DNA of 64,000 nt from Candidatus Omnitrophota bacterium (GCA_043820815.1 JBDRDJ010000007.1:30544-94543); one strand, 5' to 3'. Shown: positions 37,775 through 48,616, counted from the stretch's first letter. Notes: generated by a model from the sequence alone, not told the origin. A program made the numbers and translations.

Positions 37775-39154
37775 TCACTTTTTCCTTTTTTTCTCAAGCA
37801 TCCTTTTTGAAAACCTTTTGGGAGGAGTTTCCGGGTATTTCCCGCTAAAGCATGCATGGCAAAACTCATGCTTTCTTTTTCCCATGCAGGAGAGCAGGCC
37901 TTCAAGGCTTAAATACTTTAAGCTGTCTAAACCGATAAAATCTCTGACTGCCTCAACTGTGCGGCTTGAAGCAATGAGCTCTCTTTTTGTAGGAAAGTCG
38001 ATTCCGTAATAACAGGGGTTTTTTATCGGCGGGCAGCTTACGCCCATGTGTATTTTTTTGGCCCCTGCCTCACGCAAGGCTCTTGAGCGAGCACGGCAGG
38101 TAGTCCCTCTTACTATAGAATCCTCTATAACAATAACGTTTTTATCTTTTAAAACATTCCTGACGGGGTTAAGCTTTACTCTTACTCTGAAATCCCGCAC
38201 GTACTGTGCGGGCTGGATAAAAGTTCTTCCCACATAGTGGTTTCTTATCATGCCTGTTTCATAAGGAATCTTTGACTGCTCGGCAAAACCTAAGGCTGCT
38301 GATACCCCTGAATCAGGTATAGGCATTACAAAATCAGCCTTGACAGGAAACTCTTCTGCCAAGCGCCTGCCTAAACGCTTACGAACACTGTATACATTGT
38401 CACCAAAAATGTCGCTGTCGGGACGGGCAAAATAAATATATTCAAAAATACAAAGAGCGTGCCTTTTTTCCTCAACCGGTTTGACTGAATCAAGTTTTCC
38501 TTTTTCAATAAAAACAATTTCTCCCGGAAGAACATCACGGATATATTCTGCGCACATTAAATCCAAGGCACAGGTTTCGCTGGCCAAAACATAAGCATTG
38601 TCTAACTTGCCGACGCATAAAGGCCTAAAACCAAAAGGGTCACGCGCACCGATAAGGACATCTTTATAAAGCATAACTAAAGAGTAGGCGCCTTTGAGTT
38701 TCAAAAGGGCATCTATTGTATTCTGGCGGTAGCCGTTGTGTGAACCTGCCAGAAGATGAGCAATAATTTCAGAATCCATTGTAGTCTGGAATATTGAACC
38801 GGTTTCTTCCATTGAATCGCGTAAAGTTACGCTATTGGTGAGATTCCCGTTATGGGCGATTGCAATATCGCCTTTTTTGTGATTTACAAGAAACGGCTGG
38901 ATGTTTTTGATATGGCTTGAACCGGTTGTAGAATAACGCACATGCCCCACGGCGCAGCTGCCCCGAAGTGACTTTATGGATTTCTCGTTGAAAACCTCAT
39001 TGACAAGGCCCATTCCCTTATGATAATGAAGCTTTGTCTTGCCGCTTACAGCAATGCCTGCGCTTTCCTCGCCTCTATGCTGCAAAGCATATAAGCCAAG
39101 ATAAGTTAAGCGGGCTGCATCATTATGTCCGATTACTCCGCAAATTCCACACAT
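37775..39154 (-). CDS. purF: Amidophosphoribosyltransferase
   Basis: MCGICGV N-terminal nucleophile, a PRTase motif ([13 protein letters not shown]) and C-terminal Cys ligands. Confidence 0.93.
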   Translation of the reverse strand: MCGICGVIGHNDAARLTYLGLYALQHRGEESAGIAVSGKTKLHYHKGMGLVNEVFNEKSIKSLRGSCAVGHVRYSTTGSSHIKNIQPFLVNHKKGDIAIAHNGNLTNSVTLRDSMEETGSIFQTTMDSEIIAHLLAGSHNGYRQNTIDALLKLKGAYSLVMLYKDVLIGARDPFGFRPLCVGKLDNAYVLASETCALDLMCAEYIRDVLPGEIVFIEKGKLDSVKPVEEKRHALCIFEYIYFARPDSDIFGDNVYSVRKRLGRRLAEEFPVKADFVMPIPDSGVSAALGFAEQSKIPYETGMIRNHYVGRTFIQPAQYVRDFRVRVKLNPVRNVLKDKNVIVIEDSIVRGTTCRARSRALREAGAKKIHMGVSCPPIKNPCYYGIDFPTKRELIASSRTVEAVRDFIGLDSLKYLSLEGLLSCMGKRKHEFCHACFSGKYPETPPKRFSKRMLEKKRKK

Positions 39155-39224
39155 AGTTAAATTTTTTGCTTAAATAATCAATCACCAAAATACAGTATCT
39201 TGGTTATTTTAAAAATTGTGAAAA

Positions 39225-42200
39225 TTAATCTTTAGTGTATTCTTGAATCGACCTTACCGTCATGCCGCTTTCTTTAACCGCCTCCATTCCGTTTACTGCT
39301 GCCTGAGCTCCTTGTACTGTTGTAATGCATGGCACACCGTACATAGTAGCCATGCTTCGTATTGCCTTCATGTCCGACTGGCCCTTTTTACCCGATGGTG
39401 TATTAATAATTAGGTGAAGGTTTGAGGCTTTAAGGTATTCTAAAATATTTTTTCCTTTTTCTCCGATTTTAACAACCAGTTCGGAAGATATATTGTTTGA
39501 GGCAAGGGCTTTATTCGTGCCTCTGGTTGCAATTAATTTAAACCCCATATCGTAAAGTTTTTTTGCGATAAACACAATGTTCCTCTTATCGTCGTTTTTA
39601 ACGCTTATAAAAATATTACCTTCTTTAGGCAAACTTTGGCCTGCGGCAACTTGCGATTTAAAAAAAGCCTCTCCAAAATTGCGGCCAATGCCCATAACCT
39701 CGCCGGTTGATTTCATCTCAGGGCCTAAGATAATATCGACTCCCGAAAACCTTGAGAAAGGTAAAACTGATTCTTTTACTGCAACATGCTTAGGCATAGA
39801 CTCTTTTAATAACCCTGCCTCGGAAAGCGTTTTGCCTGCCATAACTTTTGCCGCTATCTTTGCTAAAGGAACACCCGTTGTTTTACTCACAAAGGGAACT
39901 GTGCGCGAGGCGCGGGGATTTACTTCAAGCACATATACCACATCTTTCTTAACGGCGAACTGGATATTAATAAGGCCTTTGACTTCTAATTCTTTTGAAA
40001 GCACTAATGTCTTTTTGCGTATGGCGTCAATAATCTCGTCGCTTAATGTATGGGGGGGAAGAACGCAAGCCGAATCTCCCGAATGCACTCCTGCTTCCTC
40101 AACGTGCTCCATAATGCCTGCGATAATTGTATCTTTTCCGTCGGAAATTGCATCAACGTCAACCTCAACCGCATCTTCCAAAAATTTATCAATAAGCACG
40201 GGGTGCTCGCTCGATACCTCCTGCGCGGCATCCATAAATTCATCCAAAGAATTATCATCGTAAACTATTCTCATTGCCCTTCCGCCTAAAACATAAGACG
40301 GCCTGACCAAAACCGGATATCCGATTCTTTTTGCGATTTTCTTTGCTTCTTTGCGTGAATTAGCCGACCCGTTCGGCGGCTGATCAATTTTCAGCTTCTT
40401 TATAAGGCGTGCAAACTTCTCTCTGTCTTCTGCCCGGTCAATTGAATCAACTGAAGTCCCGATAATCGGGACACCTGAATTTTTAAGCCTTTTTGCTAAA
40501 TTAAGCGGGGTCTGGCCTCCGAATTGGACTATTACGCCGTTTGGCTTTTCTTTATCGACGATGTTCATCACATCTTCAAAAGTAAGCGGCTCAAAATACA
40601 GCTTATCAGAAGTATCGTAATCGGTCGATACTGTTTCCGGATTTGAATTAACCATAATGGTCTCAAAACCTATTTCCTTTAAAGCAAAGGAAGCATGGCA
40701 GCAGCAGTAATCAAATTCAATACCCTGGCCTATTCTGTTAGGGCCGCCGCCTAAAATCATGATTTTCTTTTTATCCGATACCCGCGACTCATCTTCGGTT
40801 TCATAGGTCGAATAATAATAAGGCGTGTAAGCTTCAAACTCTGCCGCGCAGGTATCAACAAGTTTATAAGTTGCCTCCATTCCCTTTTCTTTTCTTAATC
40901 TTCTTATCTCCTCTTCATCTTTACCGGTTAAATCAGCAATTTGCTTATCGCTGAATCCGTATTGTTTAGCGCGCAGCAGCGATTCGTCTGACATCTGATC
41001 TTTCGATATTTGATTTTCGAGTTCAACAATTTGTAAAATATTATCCAGAAACCAGGAGTCTATGCCGGTAAGATTATATATTTTTTCGATTGAATAACCT
41101 TTCTGAAAAGCATATTTAATGTAGAATATCCTTGAAGCATTTGGCTCTCTTAACCTGAGTTCTATTTTTTCATCAGAAATCTCTTTATAATCCAATTTAT
41201 TATCTAAACCATTGTGGCCGATTTCAAGGCCGCGCAAACCCTTTTGCAAGGCTTCTTTAAACGTGCGGCCTATGGCCATGGTTTCACCCACTGATTTCAT
41301 AGAAATTCCCAGAATGTCTTTTGCTTCAGGAAATTTCTCAAAGGTAAAGCGCGGTATTTTTACCACACAATAATCTATGGCCGGTTCAAAAGATGCCGGT
41401 GTCTCTTTAGTGATATCGTTTTGTATCTCGTCGAGCGTATAACCTACCGCGAGTTTTGCGGCAAATTTAGCGATGGGAAAACCGGTTGCTTTTGAGGCAA
41501 GAGCGGAAGAACGGGAAACACGCGGGTTCATCTCAATAACAACCATTCTTCCTGTTTTAGGGTCCACGGCAAACTGTATATTAGAGCCTCCGGTTTCAAC
41601 CCCTATTTCGCGTATAATAGCGGTGGCGGCATCGCGCATTTTCTGATACTCAATATCAGTCAGTGTCTGGGCAGGGGCAACTGTAATCGAATCTCCGGTA
41701 TGAATCCCCATGGGATCAAGATTTTCAATGGAACAGACAATAACCACGTTATCTTTTTTGTCCCGCATCACTTCAAGCTCGTATTCTTTCCATCCGATAA
41801 CCGATTCCTCAACGAGAATCTCGGAAATCATGCTGTTTTTTAAACCTAAATCGGCTACTTTCTCAAACTCTTCTTCTGTGGCAACAATCCCTCCGCCGGT
41901 TCCTCCGAGCGTGAAACTTGAACGGACAATTAAAGGTAAACCTATTTCTTTCATGGCGCAGCGCGCCTCATCCATATTATATGCAAGGGCGCTTTTAGGC
42001 AAATCAAGGCCTATTTTCTGCATTGCTTTCTTAAAGTCTTTCCTGTCTTCTGCTTTTTTTATAGTCTGGTAATTTGCGCCTAACATGCGCACGCCGTGTT
42101 TATCCAATATTCCCATCTCATGAGCCTTCATTGCCGTATTTAAGCCGGTCTGGCCGCCCAGAGTGGGCAGAATTGCATCCGGCTTTTCTTTCTCTATGAT

Positions 42201-42428
42201 TTTATCCAAAACTTCCGGAGTTATAGGCTCGATGTATGTGCTGTCTGCGATTTCAGGGTCAGTCATAATCGTTGCGGGATTGGAATTTACAAGAATTACC
42301 CTGTAGCCTTCCTCTTTTAAGGCTTTGCAGGCCTGGGTGCCGGAATAATCAAATTCGCAGGCCTGGCTAATAACAATTGGGCCGGAGCCGATTATTAATA
42401 TACTTTTTATGTCTGTTCTTTTAGGCAT
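39225..42428 (-). CDS. carB: Carbamoyl-phosphate synthase large subunit (copy 1, coupled to carA)
   Basis: 1067 aa with duplicated ATP-grasp halves and a C-terminal MGS-like domain. The start overlaps the carA stop. Confidence 0.95.
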   Translation of the reverse strand: MPKRTDIKSILIIGSGPIVISQACEFDYSGTQACKALKEEGYRVILVNSNPATIMTDPEIADSTYIEPITPEVLDKIIEKEKPDAILPTLGGQTGLNTAMKAHEMGILDKHGVRMLGANYQTIKKAEDRKDFKKAMQKIGLDLPKSALAYNMDEARCAMKEIGLPLIVRSSFTLGGTGGGIVATEEEFEKVADLGLKNSMISEILVEESVIGWKEYELEVMRDKKDNVVIVCSIENLDPMGIHTGDSITVAPAQTLTDIEYQKMRDAATAIIREIGVETGGSNIQFAVDPKTGRMVVIEMNPRVSRSSALASKATGFPIAKFAAKLAVGYTLDEIQNDITKETPASFEPAIDYCVVKIPRFTFEKFPEAKDILGISMKSVGETMAIGRTFKEALQKGLRGLEIGHNGLDNKLDYKEISDEKIELRLREPNASRIFYIKYAFQKGYSIEKIYNLTGIDSWFLDNILQIVELENQISKDQMSDESLLRAKQYGFSDKQIADLTGKDEEEIRRLRKEKGMEATYKLVDTCAAEFEAYTPYYYSTYETEDESRVSDKKKIMILGGGPNRIGQGIEFDYCCCHASFALKEIGFETIMVNSNPETVSTDYDTSDKLYFEPLTFEDVMNIVDKEKPNGVIVQFGGQTPLNLAKRLKNSGVPIIGTSVDSIDRAEDREKFARLIKKLKIDQPPNGSANSRKEAKKIAKRIGYPVLVRPSYVLGGRAMRIVYDDNSLDEFMDAAQEVSSEHPVLIDKFLEDAVEVDVDAISDGKDTIIAGIMEHVEEAGVHSGDSACVLPPHTLSDEIIDAIRKKTLVLSKELEVKGLINIQFAVKKDVVYVLEVNPRASRTVPFVSKTTGVPLAKIAAKVMAGKTLSEAGLLKESMPKHVAVKESVLPFSRFSGVDIILGPEMKSTGEVMGIGRNFGEAFFKSQVAAGQSLPKEGNIFISVKNDDKRNIVFIAKKLYDMGFKLIATRGTNKALASNNISSELVVKIGEKGKNILEYLKASNLHLIINTPSGKKGQSDMKAIRSMATMYGVPCITTVQGAQAAVNGMEAVKESGMTVRSIQEYTKD

Positions 42429-43533
42429 TTTTTTTCATAAGGTTAATAAATTCGCCAAAAAGATAGCGGGCGTCGTGGGGCCCTGGTGCTGATTCCGGGT
42501 GAAACTGCACGGAGAATATTGGTAATTTTTTATGCCGGATTCCTTCTAATGTCTGGTCGTTTAGATTTACATGAGTAATTTCAAAGTCATCTTTGGGCAA
42601 AGAATCCATATCTACGCAAAACCCATGATTCTGAGAAGTGATTGAAACCTTATTTGTATTCAAATCCTTAACAGGGTGATTTGCTCCGTGGTGGCCGAAT
42701 TTAAGCTTGTAAGTCTTTCCGCCTAAAGCAAGGCCGAGTATCTGGTGGCCAAGGCATATACCCATAATGGCAAATGGCAAATGGCTAATGGCTAATGGTT
42801 TAATTAATTCCTTAACGGTTTCAATTGCACAGGTTACAGCGGCGGGGTCGCCGGGGCCATTTGATAAAAGAATTCCATCAGGATTCAGCCCTAATATTTC
42901 TTTAGCGCTTGTTTTTACAGGAACTACGGTTACATGACAGTTAAGACGTGAGAGTTCTCTTAAAATGTTTAGTTTAACCCCGCAATCAAGCACTACAACT
43001 TTATGATCACCTTTATCATTATAATTGTATGGTTTATCTATAGTAACTTCTTTAACCAAATCCACGCCCAGAAGGCCTTTAGAGTTACGGACTTGCTCAA
43101 TTAAAGCTTTATCATCAACATCGTCTGTTGAGATTGCTGCTTTCATAGCCCCCTGCAAGCGAATTCGTCTTGTAAGGGCCCGGGTATCAATGCCTTCAAT
43201 TCCTACTATATTATTCTCTTTAAGGTATTCTCCCAACCCCTTCTTAGAACGCCAGTTACTGGCGATGCGGCTTGCTTCTTTTACAACAAACCCTTCTAAG
43301 AAAAGCTTTCTCGATTCAACGTCTTCGGGGTTTACTCCGTAGTTTCCGATTAAAGGGTAGGTCATAGTTACAATCTGGCCTTTATAGGAAGGGTCAGTTA
43401 GAATCTCCTGATAACCGGCCATGCTGGTATTAAATATTACTTCGCCGAAGCTTATCCCTTCTGCGCCAAAGCTTAAACCTTTAAACACAGCTCCATCCTC
43501 AAGAACTAATTTTGCTCGTTTAATTTTATCCAT
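42421..43533 (-). CDS. carA: Carbamoyl-phosphate synthase small (glutaminase) subunit
   Basis: 370 aa. GICLGHQ catalytic Cys, [11 protein letters not shown], and FHPE. Confidence 0.93.
   Translation of the reverse strand: MDKIKRAKLVLEDGAVFKGLSFGAEGISFGEVIFNTSMAGYQEILTDPSYKGQIVTMTYPLIGNYGVNPEDVESRKLFLEGFVVKEASRIASNWRSKKGLGEYLKENNIVGIEGIDTRALTRRIRLQGAMKAAISTDDVDDKALIEQVRNSKGLLGVDLVKEVTIDKPYNYNDKGDHKVVVLDCGVKLNILRELSRLNCHVTVVPVKTSAKEILGLNPDGILLSNGPGDPAAVTCAIETVKELIKPLAISHLPFAIMGICLGHQILGLALGGKTYKLKFGHHGANHPVKDLNTNKVSITSQNHGFCVDMDSLPKDDFEITHVNLNDQTLEGIRHKKLPIFSVQFHPESAPGPHDARYLFGEFINLMKKNA
42766..42800. repeat. Heptanucleotide tandem repeat AATGGC(A/T) x5 inside carA, translated in frame
   Basis: AATGGCA AATGGCA AATGGCT AATGGCT AATGGTT. 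On the coding strand this encodes [12 protein letters not shown], ending 10 nt upstream of the catalytic Cys codon (42754-42756). Confidence 0.85.
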
Positions 43534-43568
43534 AAATACAGGCGGGTTAAGAAGCCTTAAAAATGAGT

Positions 43569-43649
43569 AAAGCGCCCCCTCTACTTACAATGTAGTAGAA
43601 AAGACGCCTTTGTCATCAATGACTATACCAGAAAACACCCTTCTGTCAA
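43569..43649 (-). promoter_or_regulatory. Predicted promoter plus terminator-like leader hairpin upstream of carA
   Basis: Minus strand: TTGACA (43649-43644), a 16-nt spacer, TATAGT (43627-43622). The following RNA is AAGGCGUCUUUUCUACUACAUUGUAAGUAGAGGGGGCGCUUUACUCAUUUUUAAGG (hairpin 43610-43569). It could equally be the terminator of the upstream DUF1846 gene. Confidence 0.4.
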
Positions 43650-43658
43650 CAAAAGTTA

Positions 43659-45194
43659 TTACGCTATAAATAAGCTTTTACTGGAGAAATTGGGCTCGCT
43701 TGTAAGGTTAACTCCCAGCCTGCGCAGGCCCGCTTCATCACCCGGTGTGGGAATATGGGTTGTATGAACCTCGCAGCCTTTAAGCTCGCTTAAGCTTTGC
43801 ATGGCAAGCTGGGCCGAAGGATTAGCCTGTGCGCTTATGCTAAGAGCTATTAGGGTTTCCTCCAGGTCAAGGCTGACTGTCTTATAACAAAGAATATCTT
43901 TTTTTAAAGCCCCGATTGAATCAATAACACTGGGCGAGAGAACATGTATTTTATCGGGAATGCCGGATAGCTTCTTAATCGCATTAAGGACCAAACTTGC
44001 GGTTGCGTGCACAAAAGGAGAGTTTTTTCCTGTAACGATTGAACCGTCGGCAAGTTCAATGGCTGCCCCGCAGAAAATACCTTCATGGCCTTTGCCTTTC
44101 TTTTGCGCCTCATCAGCCGCTAAACGCGCCGGCTCAACAACCGGCCTGTTGCCGGGTTTCATGCCTAACTCTTCCATAATAAGCTCGGCACGCTGAACAG
44201 TTTCTTTATTTACAAAGCCCATTGCGTACTCACACATATAGCGGAAATACCTGCGGATAACTTCCTGCTTTGCCGCTTCTTTTACTATCTCGTGAGAAAT
44301 TATGCCGAATCCCGCCCTGTTTACACCCATATCAGTTGGGGATTTGTAATGAGAATCTGAACCAGTAATTTTCTCAAGTATCCTTTTAACTACCGGGAAT
44401 ATTTCTACATCCCGGTTGTAATTTACTGTGCTTTCTTGGTATGCCTCAAGATGAAAAGAATCGATCATATTAAAATCCCTTATATCGGCCGTGGCTGACT
44501 CATAGGCCACATTAACCGGATGCTTAAGCGGTATATTCCATATAGGAAATGTTTCAAATTTTGCATATCCGGCTTCTGTTCCCTTTTTATATTCATGATA
44601 AAGCTGGCTAAGACAAGTGGCTAACTTTCCGCTGCCCGGGCCGGGGCCGGTTACGATTACAAGGGGATTTTTTGTTTCAATATAATTATTGGCTCCGTAG
44701 CCTTGGTCGCTTACGATAAGGTCAACGTCAGTTGGGTAGCCCTTTGTGAAACAATGAGTATAAACTTTTATTTTACGGCGTTCGAGTTTATTTTTAAATA
44801 TAGCGGCTGAGGGCTGGCCTTCAAAACGGGTAATCACAACCGCTGTTACTTCTATGCCAAACTCCCTTAAGTCATCGATAAGCTTAAGAGAATCAACGTC
44901 ATAAGTAATCCCAAAATCAGCGCGTACTTTTCTGCGCTCGATATCGCCGGCGTAAATACACAGAATGATATCCGCTTTATCTTTTAAGGTTTGAAGCAGC
45001 CTCATCTTAACATTAGGGTCAAAGCCGGGAAGAACTCTGGAAGCATGATAATCAAAAAGAAGTTTGCCTCCAAACTCAAGATAAAGCTTGTTGTTAAACT
45101 TCTTTACTCTTTCCAGGATTGCCTGGGTTTGCTCTTTTAAATACTTTTCGTTATCAAAACCTATCTTCTTATCTATGCAAGACCCTTGCCCCAT
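43659..45194 (-). CDS. DUF1846 (UPF0371) family protein
   Basis: 511 aa. The N-terminus [18 protein letters not shown]....[24 protein letters not shown] is as I recall for UPF0371. The start lies 23 nt after the second carB stop. Confidence 0.65.
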   Translation of the reverse strand: MGQGSCIDKKIGFDNEKYLKEQTQAILERVKKFNNKLYLEFGGKLLFDYHASRVLPGFDPNVKMRLLQTLKDKADIILCIYAGDIERRKVRADFGITYDVDSLKLIDDLREFGIEVTAVVITRFEGQPSAAIFKNKLERRKIKVYTHCFTKGYPTDVDLIVSDQGYGANNYIETKNPLVIVTGPGPGSGKLATCLSQLYHEYKKGTEAGYAKFETFPIWNIPLKHPVNVAYESATADIRDFNMIDSFHLEAYQESTVNYNRDVEIFPVVKRILEKITGSDSHYKSPTDMGVNRAGFGIISHEIVKEAAKQEVIRRYFRYMCEYAMGFVNKETVQRAELIMEELGMKPGNRPVVEPARLAADEAQKKGKGHEGIFCGAAIELADGSIVTGKNSPFVHATASLVLNAIKKLSGIPDKIHVLSPSVIDSIGALKKDILCYKTVSLDLEETLIALSISAQANPSAQLAMQSLSELKGCEVHTTHIPTPGDEAGLRRLGVNLTSEPNFSSKSLFIA

Positions 45195-45217
45195 AATAAC
45201 CTCCGATTATTGAGTAA

Positions 45218-48200
45218 TTAATGCCGCTTACTTGTGCGTAACCTATCCTTATAATAATCCTGCAAAGATGTAGGCGTGATTTTGCTTTTTTTAACTTCTT
45301 CTATTCCCTCAACGCTGGCCTGTGCCGCGGCAATAGAAGTAATATAAGGAACTTTTTGCTGTATTGCCATCATTCTTATGTAGCTGTCATCATATTTGCT
45401 GCTTGAACCCACAGGGGTATTGATTACAAGATGAATCTCTTTGTTTTTTATTGCATCAACGATGTTCGGCCTGCCTTCATGAAGCTTTTTTATGTATTCG
45501 CAAGGTATTCCGTGCTGCGAAAGAAAATCACATGTGCCTTCTGTTGCATAAATTTTAAATCCGAGTTTTTTAATCCTTTGAGCTATGGCCAAAACGTGCT
45601 TTTTGTCTTTATCGGTAACAGTCAAAAGCACGTTGCCTTCCAAGGGAAGCTTTAACCCGGCTGCCTCCTGGGCTTTATAGAAAGCTAACCCAAAAGTTTC
45701 CGCCATGCCCATAACTTCTCCTGTTGCCCTCATCTCAGGGCCAAGTAAAGGGTCAACCTCAGGAAACATGTTAAAAGGGAAAACCGCTTCTTTTACTCCT
45801 ACATACGGGAGCTCGCCGGCAACAAGCTCAGGGAAATCTTTAATTTTTTTGCCCAGCATAAGTTTCGTTGCAACGCGCGCAATAGGAATACCTGTCACTT
45901 TTGAAACAAGAGGAACCGTTCTTGATGCTCTGGGATTGGCTTCAAGTATGTAAACCTTATTGTCGCAGATTGCATACTGGATGTTTATCAGGCCAACCAC
46001 TTTTAATTCTTTTGCGATGCGCTTGGTATAATCAATTATTGTGTCTAAATGCTCTTTTTTTATTGTGTGTGTGGGTATCGCGCATGCCGAATCTCCTGAG
46101 TGCACTCCCGCAAGCTCGATATGCTCCATTACACCGGCAACAAAAACATCCGCGCCGTCACAAAGGGCATCGACTTCAGCCTCAACCGCCTGCTCTAAAA
46201 ACCTGTCAATAAGCATGGGGTATTCGGGGCTTACCTGGATAGCCTCTTTAGCGTACTTTTGAAGCGCCTTTTCGTCATAGACTATCTCCATGCCGCGCCC
46301 CCCGAGAACAAAAGACGGCCTGACTATAAGAGGGTATCCTATTTTGTTTGCTATTTTTACTGCCTCTTCCAAAGAGCGGGCTGTTGAACTTTCCGGTTGG
46401 AGAATATCGATATCTATCATTCTCTTTCTGAAATACTCCCGGTCTTCGGCTAACCGTATGCTTTCGGGAGAAGTGCCTAATATTTTTACACCGTTGTCTT
46501 TTAATTCCTGGGCGATATTTAAAGGGGTCTGGCCGCCGAATTGAACAATTACTCCTTGCGGTTTTTCCTTCTCGTAAATTGAAAGGACATCTTCAACGGT
46601 CAGGGGTTCAAAATACAGTTTATTTGAAGTGTCGTAGTCGGTTGATACTGTTTCGGGGTTACAGTTTACCATAATCGACTCATACCCTTCGTCGCGAAGG
46701 GCAAAGGCCGCATGGACACAGGTGTAATCAAACTCTATACCCTGGCCTATTCTGTTGGGGCCGCCGCCTAAAATCATGATTTTTTTGTTTTTAGAAACCT
46801 CCACCTTATCTTTACCTATATAGGTAGAATAATAATAAGAGGCATTCTCAACGCCGCTTACGGGAACTATATCGTAACAATTTATTTTTTTGAGTTTCTT
46901 CCTTTTTTCCCGAACTTGTGGCTCTTCTGTTTTAAAAACCTCTGCCAGATACTTATCGGAAAATCCCCACTCTTTAGCTTTAATCAATTTTTCCGTTGGC
47001 AATTTATCCCACGGATATTTAATAATCTCCTCTTCAAAATCAACCAATTCCTTCATCTCGCTGATAAACCATCTGCCGATGTAAGTCACTTTATAGAGCT
47101 CATCAACTGCCGCCCCTCTTCTTAAAGCCTCATACATTAAGAAAATCCTTTCGCTTGATGGGTAAGATAGCCGGCTTTTAAGCTCAAAATCGGTTAAAGC
47201 CTTAAATTTAGGAACGCCTAAACCATATCTTTTTATCTCAAGAGACCGTATGGATTTTTGAAAAGCCTCTTTAAAAGTTTTTCCAATGCTCATTACTTCA
47301 CCCACCGCCCTCATCTGAGTCCCGAGCATATCTTTTGCTTTGGGAAATTTCTCAAAAGCCCAGCGGGCAAACTTAATAACAACGTAATCACCCCACGGTT
47401 CATATTTCTCCAGAGTTCCTTTTCTCCAGTAAGGCATTTCATCCATGGTTAATCCGGCGGCGAGTTTTGTTGAAATTCGCGCAATTGGAAACCCCGTTGC
47501 TTTTGAGGCAAGGGCAGATGAACGCGATGTTCTGGGGTTAATCTCGATCACAACCATTCTGTCATCTTCTGGATTGTGCGCAAACTGGATATTTGTGCCC
47601 CCTGTTACGCCTATTGCTTCAACAATCTTATAAGAAAGTTTCTGCATTTTTTCCTGTAATTTCTTAGGAACCGTAAGCATCGGCGCACAGCAGAAACTAT
47701 CCCCGGTATGAACCCCCATTGCATCTATATTTTCGATAAAGCAAACGGTAATTTTCTGGTTTTTAGCGTCGCGCACAACCTCAAGTTCAAGCTCCTCCCA
47801 GCCGATAACCGCTTCTTCCACAAGAACCTGATTAACAATACTCGCGGCAAGGCCTCTTGTCGCAATTATTCTCAATTCTTCGACATTATAAGCAATGCCC
47901 CCGCCGGTTCCCCCCAAAGTATAAGCGGGCCTTAAAACAACGGGATACTTAATCCTCTCGGCTATAGCTTCAGCCTCCTCAACCGAATGGCTGATTTCAG
48001 AACGGGCAATAGGAATATCGAGCTTTTTCATTGCTTCTTTAAAAACAAGGCGGTCTTCTCCCCGCTCAATAGCATCGGCTTTTACTCCAATAACCTCAAC
48101 GCCGTACTTATCAAGCACTCCTGATTTATAAAGGCTTGAGGCAAGATTGAGCCCGGTTTGGCCTCCTAAATTAGGAAGAAGGGCATCGGGGCGCTCTTTT

Positions 48201-48436
48201 TCAATTATTTTCTCAACGCTCTCGGGAGTCAGCGGCTCAATATAAGTTTTATCGGCCGTTGAGGGATCGGTCATAATGGTTGCGGGGTTAGAATTAACAA
48301 GTACTATTTCATACCCTTCTTCCCTAAGAGCCTTACAGGCCTGCGTGCCTGAGTAATCAAACTCACAAGCCTGGCCAATTATGATTGGCCCTGAACCGAT
48401 AATCAAAATTTTGTGAATATCTTCTCTTCTTGGCAT
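45218..48436 (-). CDS. carB: Carbamoyl-phosphate synthase large subunit paralog (copy 2, no adjacent carA)
   Basis: ~1072 aa, full-length (both ATP-grasp halves plus an MGS-like domain). Roughly 60% identical to copy 1 by eye. Start chosen at [17 protein letters not shown] after a GGGAGG. Confidence 0.9.
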   Translation of the reverse strand: MPRREDIHKILIIGSGPIIIGQACEFDYSGTQACKALREEGYEIVLVNSNPATIMTDPSTADKTYIEPLTPESVEKIIEKERPDALLPNLGGQTGLNLASSLYKSGVLDKYGVEVIGVKADAIERGEDRLVFKEAMKKLDIPIARSEISHSVEEAEAIAERIKYPVVLRPAYTLGGTGGGIAYNVEELRIIATRGLAASIVNQVLVEEAVIGWEELELEVVRDAKNQKITVCFIENIDAMGVHTGDSFCCAPMLTVPKKLQEKMQKLSYKIVEAIGVTGGTNIQFAHNPEDDRMVVIEINPRTSRSSALASKATGFPIARISTKLAAGLTMDEMPYWRKGTLEKYEPWGDYVVIKFARWAFEKFPKAKDMLGTQMRAVGEVMSIGKTFKEAFQKSIRSLEIKRYGLGVPKFKALTDFELKSRLSYPSSERIFLMYEALRRGAAVDELYKVTYIGRWFISEMKELVDFEEEIIKYPWDKLPTEKLIKAKEWGFSDKYLAEVFKTEEPQVREKRKKLKKINCYDIVPVSGVENASYYYSTYIGKDKVEVSKNKKIMILGGGPNRIGQGIEFDYTCVHAAFALRDEGYESIMVNCNPETVSTDYDTSNKLYFEPLTVEDVLSIYEKEKPQGVIVQFGGQTPLNIAQELKDNGVKILGTSPESIRLAEDREYFRKRMIDIDILQPESSTARSLEEAVKIANKIGYPLIVRPSFVLGGRGMEIVYDEKALQKYAKEAIQVSPEYPMLIDRFLEQAVEAEVDALCDGADVFVAGVMEHIELAGVHSGDSACAIPTHTIKKEHLDTIIDYTKRIAKELKVVGLINIQYAICDNKVYILEANPRASRTVPLVSKVTGIPIARVATKLMLGKKIKDFPELVAGELPYVGVKEAVFPFNMFPEVDPLLGPEMRATGEVMGMAETFGLAFYKAQEAAGLKLPLEGNVLLTVTDKDKKHVLAIAQRIKKLGFKIYATEGTCDFLSQHGIPCEYIKKLHEGRPNIVDAIKNKEIHLVINTPVGSSSKYDDSYIRMMAIQQKVPYITSIAAAQASVEGIEEVKKSKITPTSLQDYYKDRLRTSKRH

Positions 48437-48506
48437 AAAACCTCCCTGAGCACGCGGCTTATGGAGCAAATGAAATGAGCGGACATAAGTCATGCCCTCA
48501 AACAAA

Positions 48507-48616
48507 AACAGCGCCCCCTTGCAATGTTATCGCAAAAAGGCGCTGTTAATACAATCTATGTGCATAATTACTCAATCAATTTTGTTGATTATCCGATATT
48601 TTGGCAGATTAGTCAA
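48507..48616 (-). promoter_or_regulatory. Predicted promoter plus terminator-like leader hairpin upstream of carB copy 2
   Basis: Minus strand: TTGACT (48616-48611), a 17-nt spacer, GATAAT (48593-48588). The following RNA is AACAGCGCCUUUUUGCGAUAACAUUGCAAGGGGGCGCUGUUUUUGUUUGAG, with a 9-bp outer stem (48547-48539 / 48515-48507) and a U-tract. Confidence 0.4.

Noticed and set aside
37774-37905. A longer pyrG start (track 37905) overlapping purF by ~130 nt. Similar long starts exist for carB2 (48505), the nitroreductase (27750), the SDR (11288), the MFS (12400), the KS-beta (15291) and gltD (59963).
   Set aside because: The conserved N-termini (for example [18 protein letters not shown]) begin at internal Met codons. 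Those codons abut the upstream stop and/or follow a Shine-Dalgarno sequence.
39577-40263. Long plus-strand ORFs in the track (for example 39577-40263 at 228 aa, 3878-4300, 55302-55757, 10915-11337, 183-380).
   Set aside because: All lie antisense within well-supported minus-strand genes (carB, ALDH, the secreted protein, SDR/MFS, the radical SAM gene). Their products are low-complexity and Ser/Pro/Leu-rich, as expected for shadow ORFs. No motifs were recognised.
43569-43610. A PyrR-type binding loop in the carA and carB2 leaders.
   Set aside because: Neither hairpin loop contains an (A/G)UCCAGAGAGG-like sequence, and no pyrR gene lies in the window. The motif is kept as an unassigned candidate instead.
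39225-48436. The two carB genes as an assembly duplication or collapsed repeat.
   Set aside because: The proteins differ at roughly 35-40% of positions throughout, and the DNA is clearly different. They are old paralogs.
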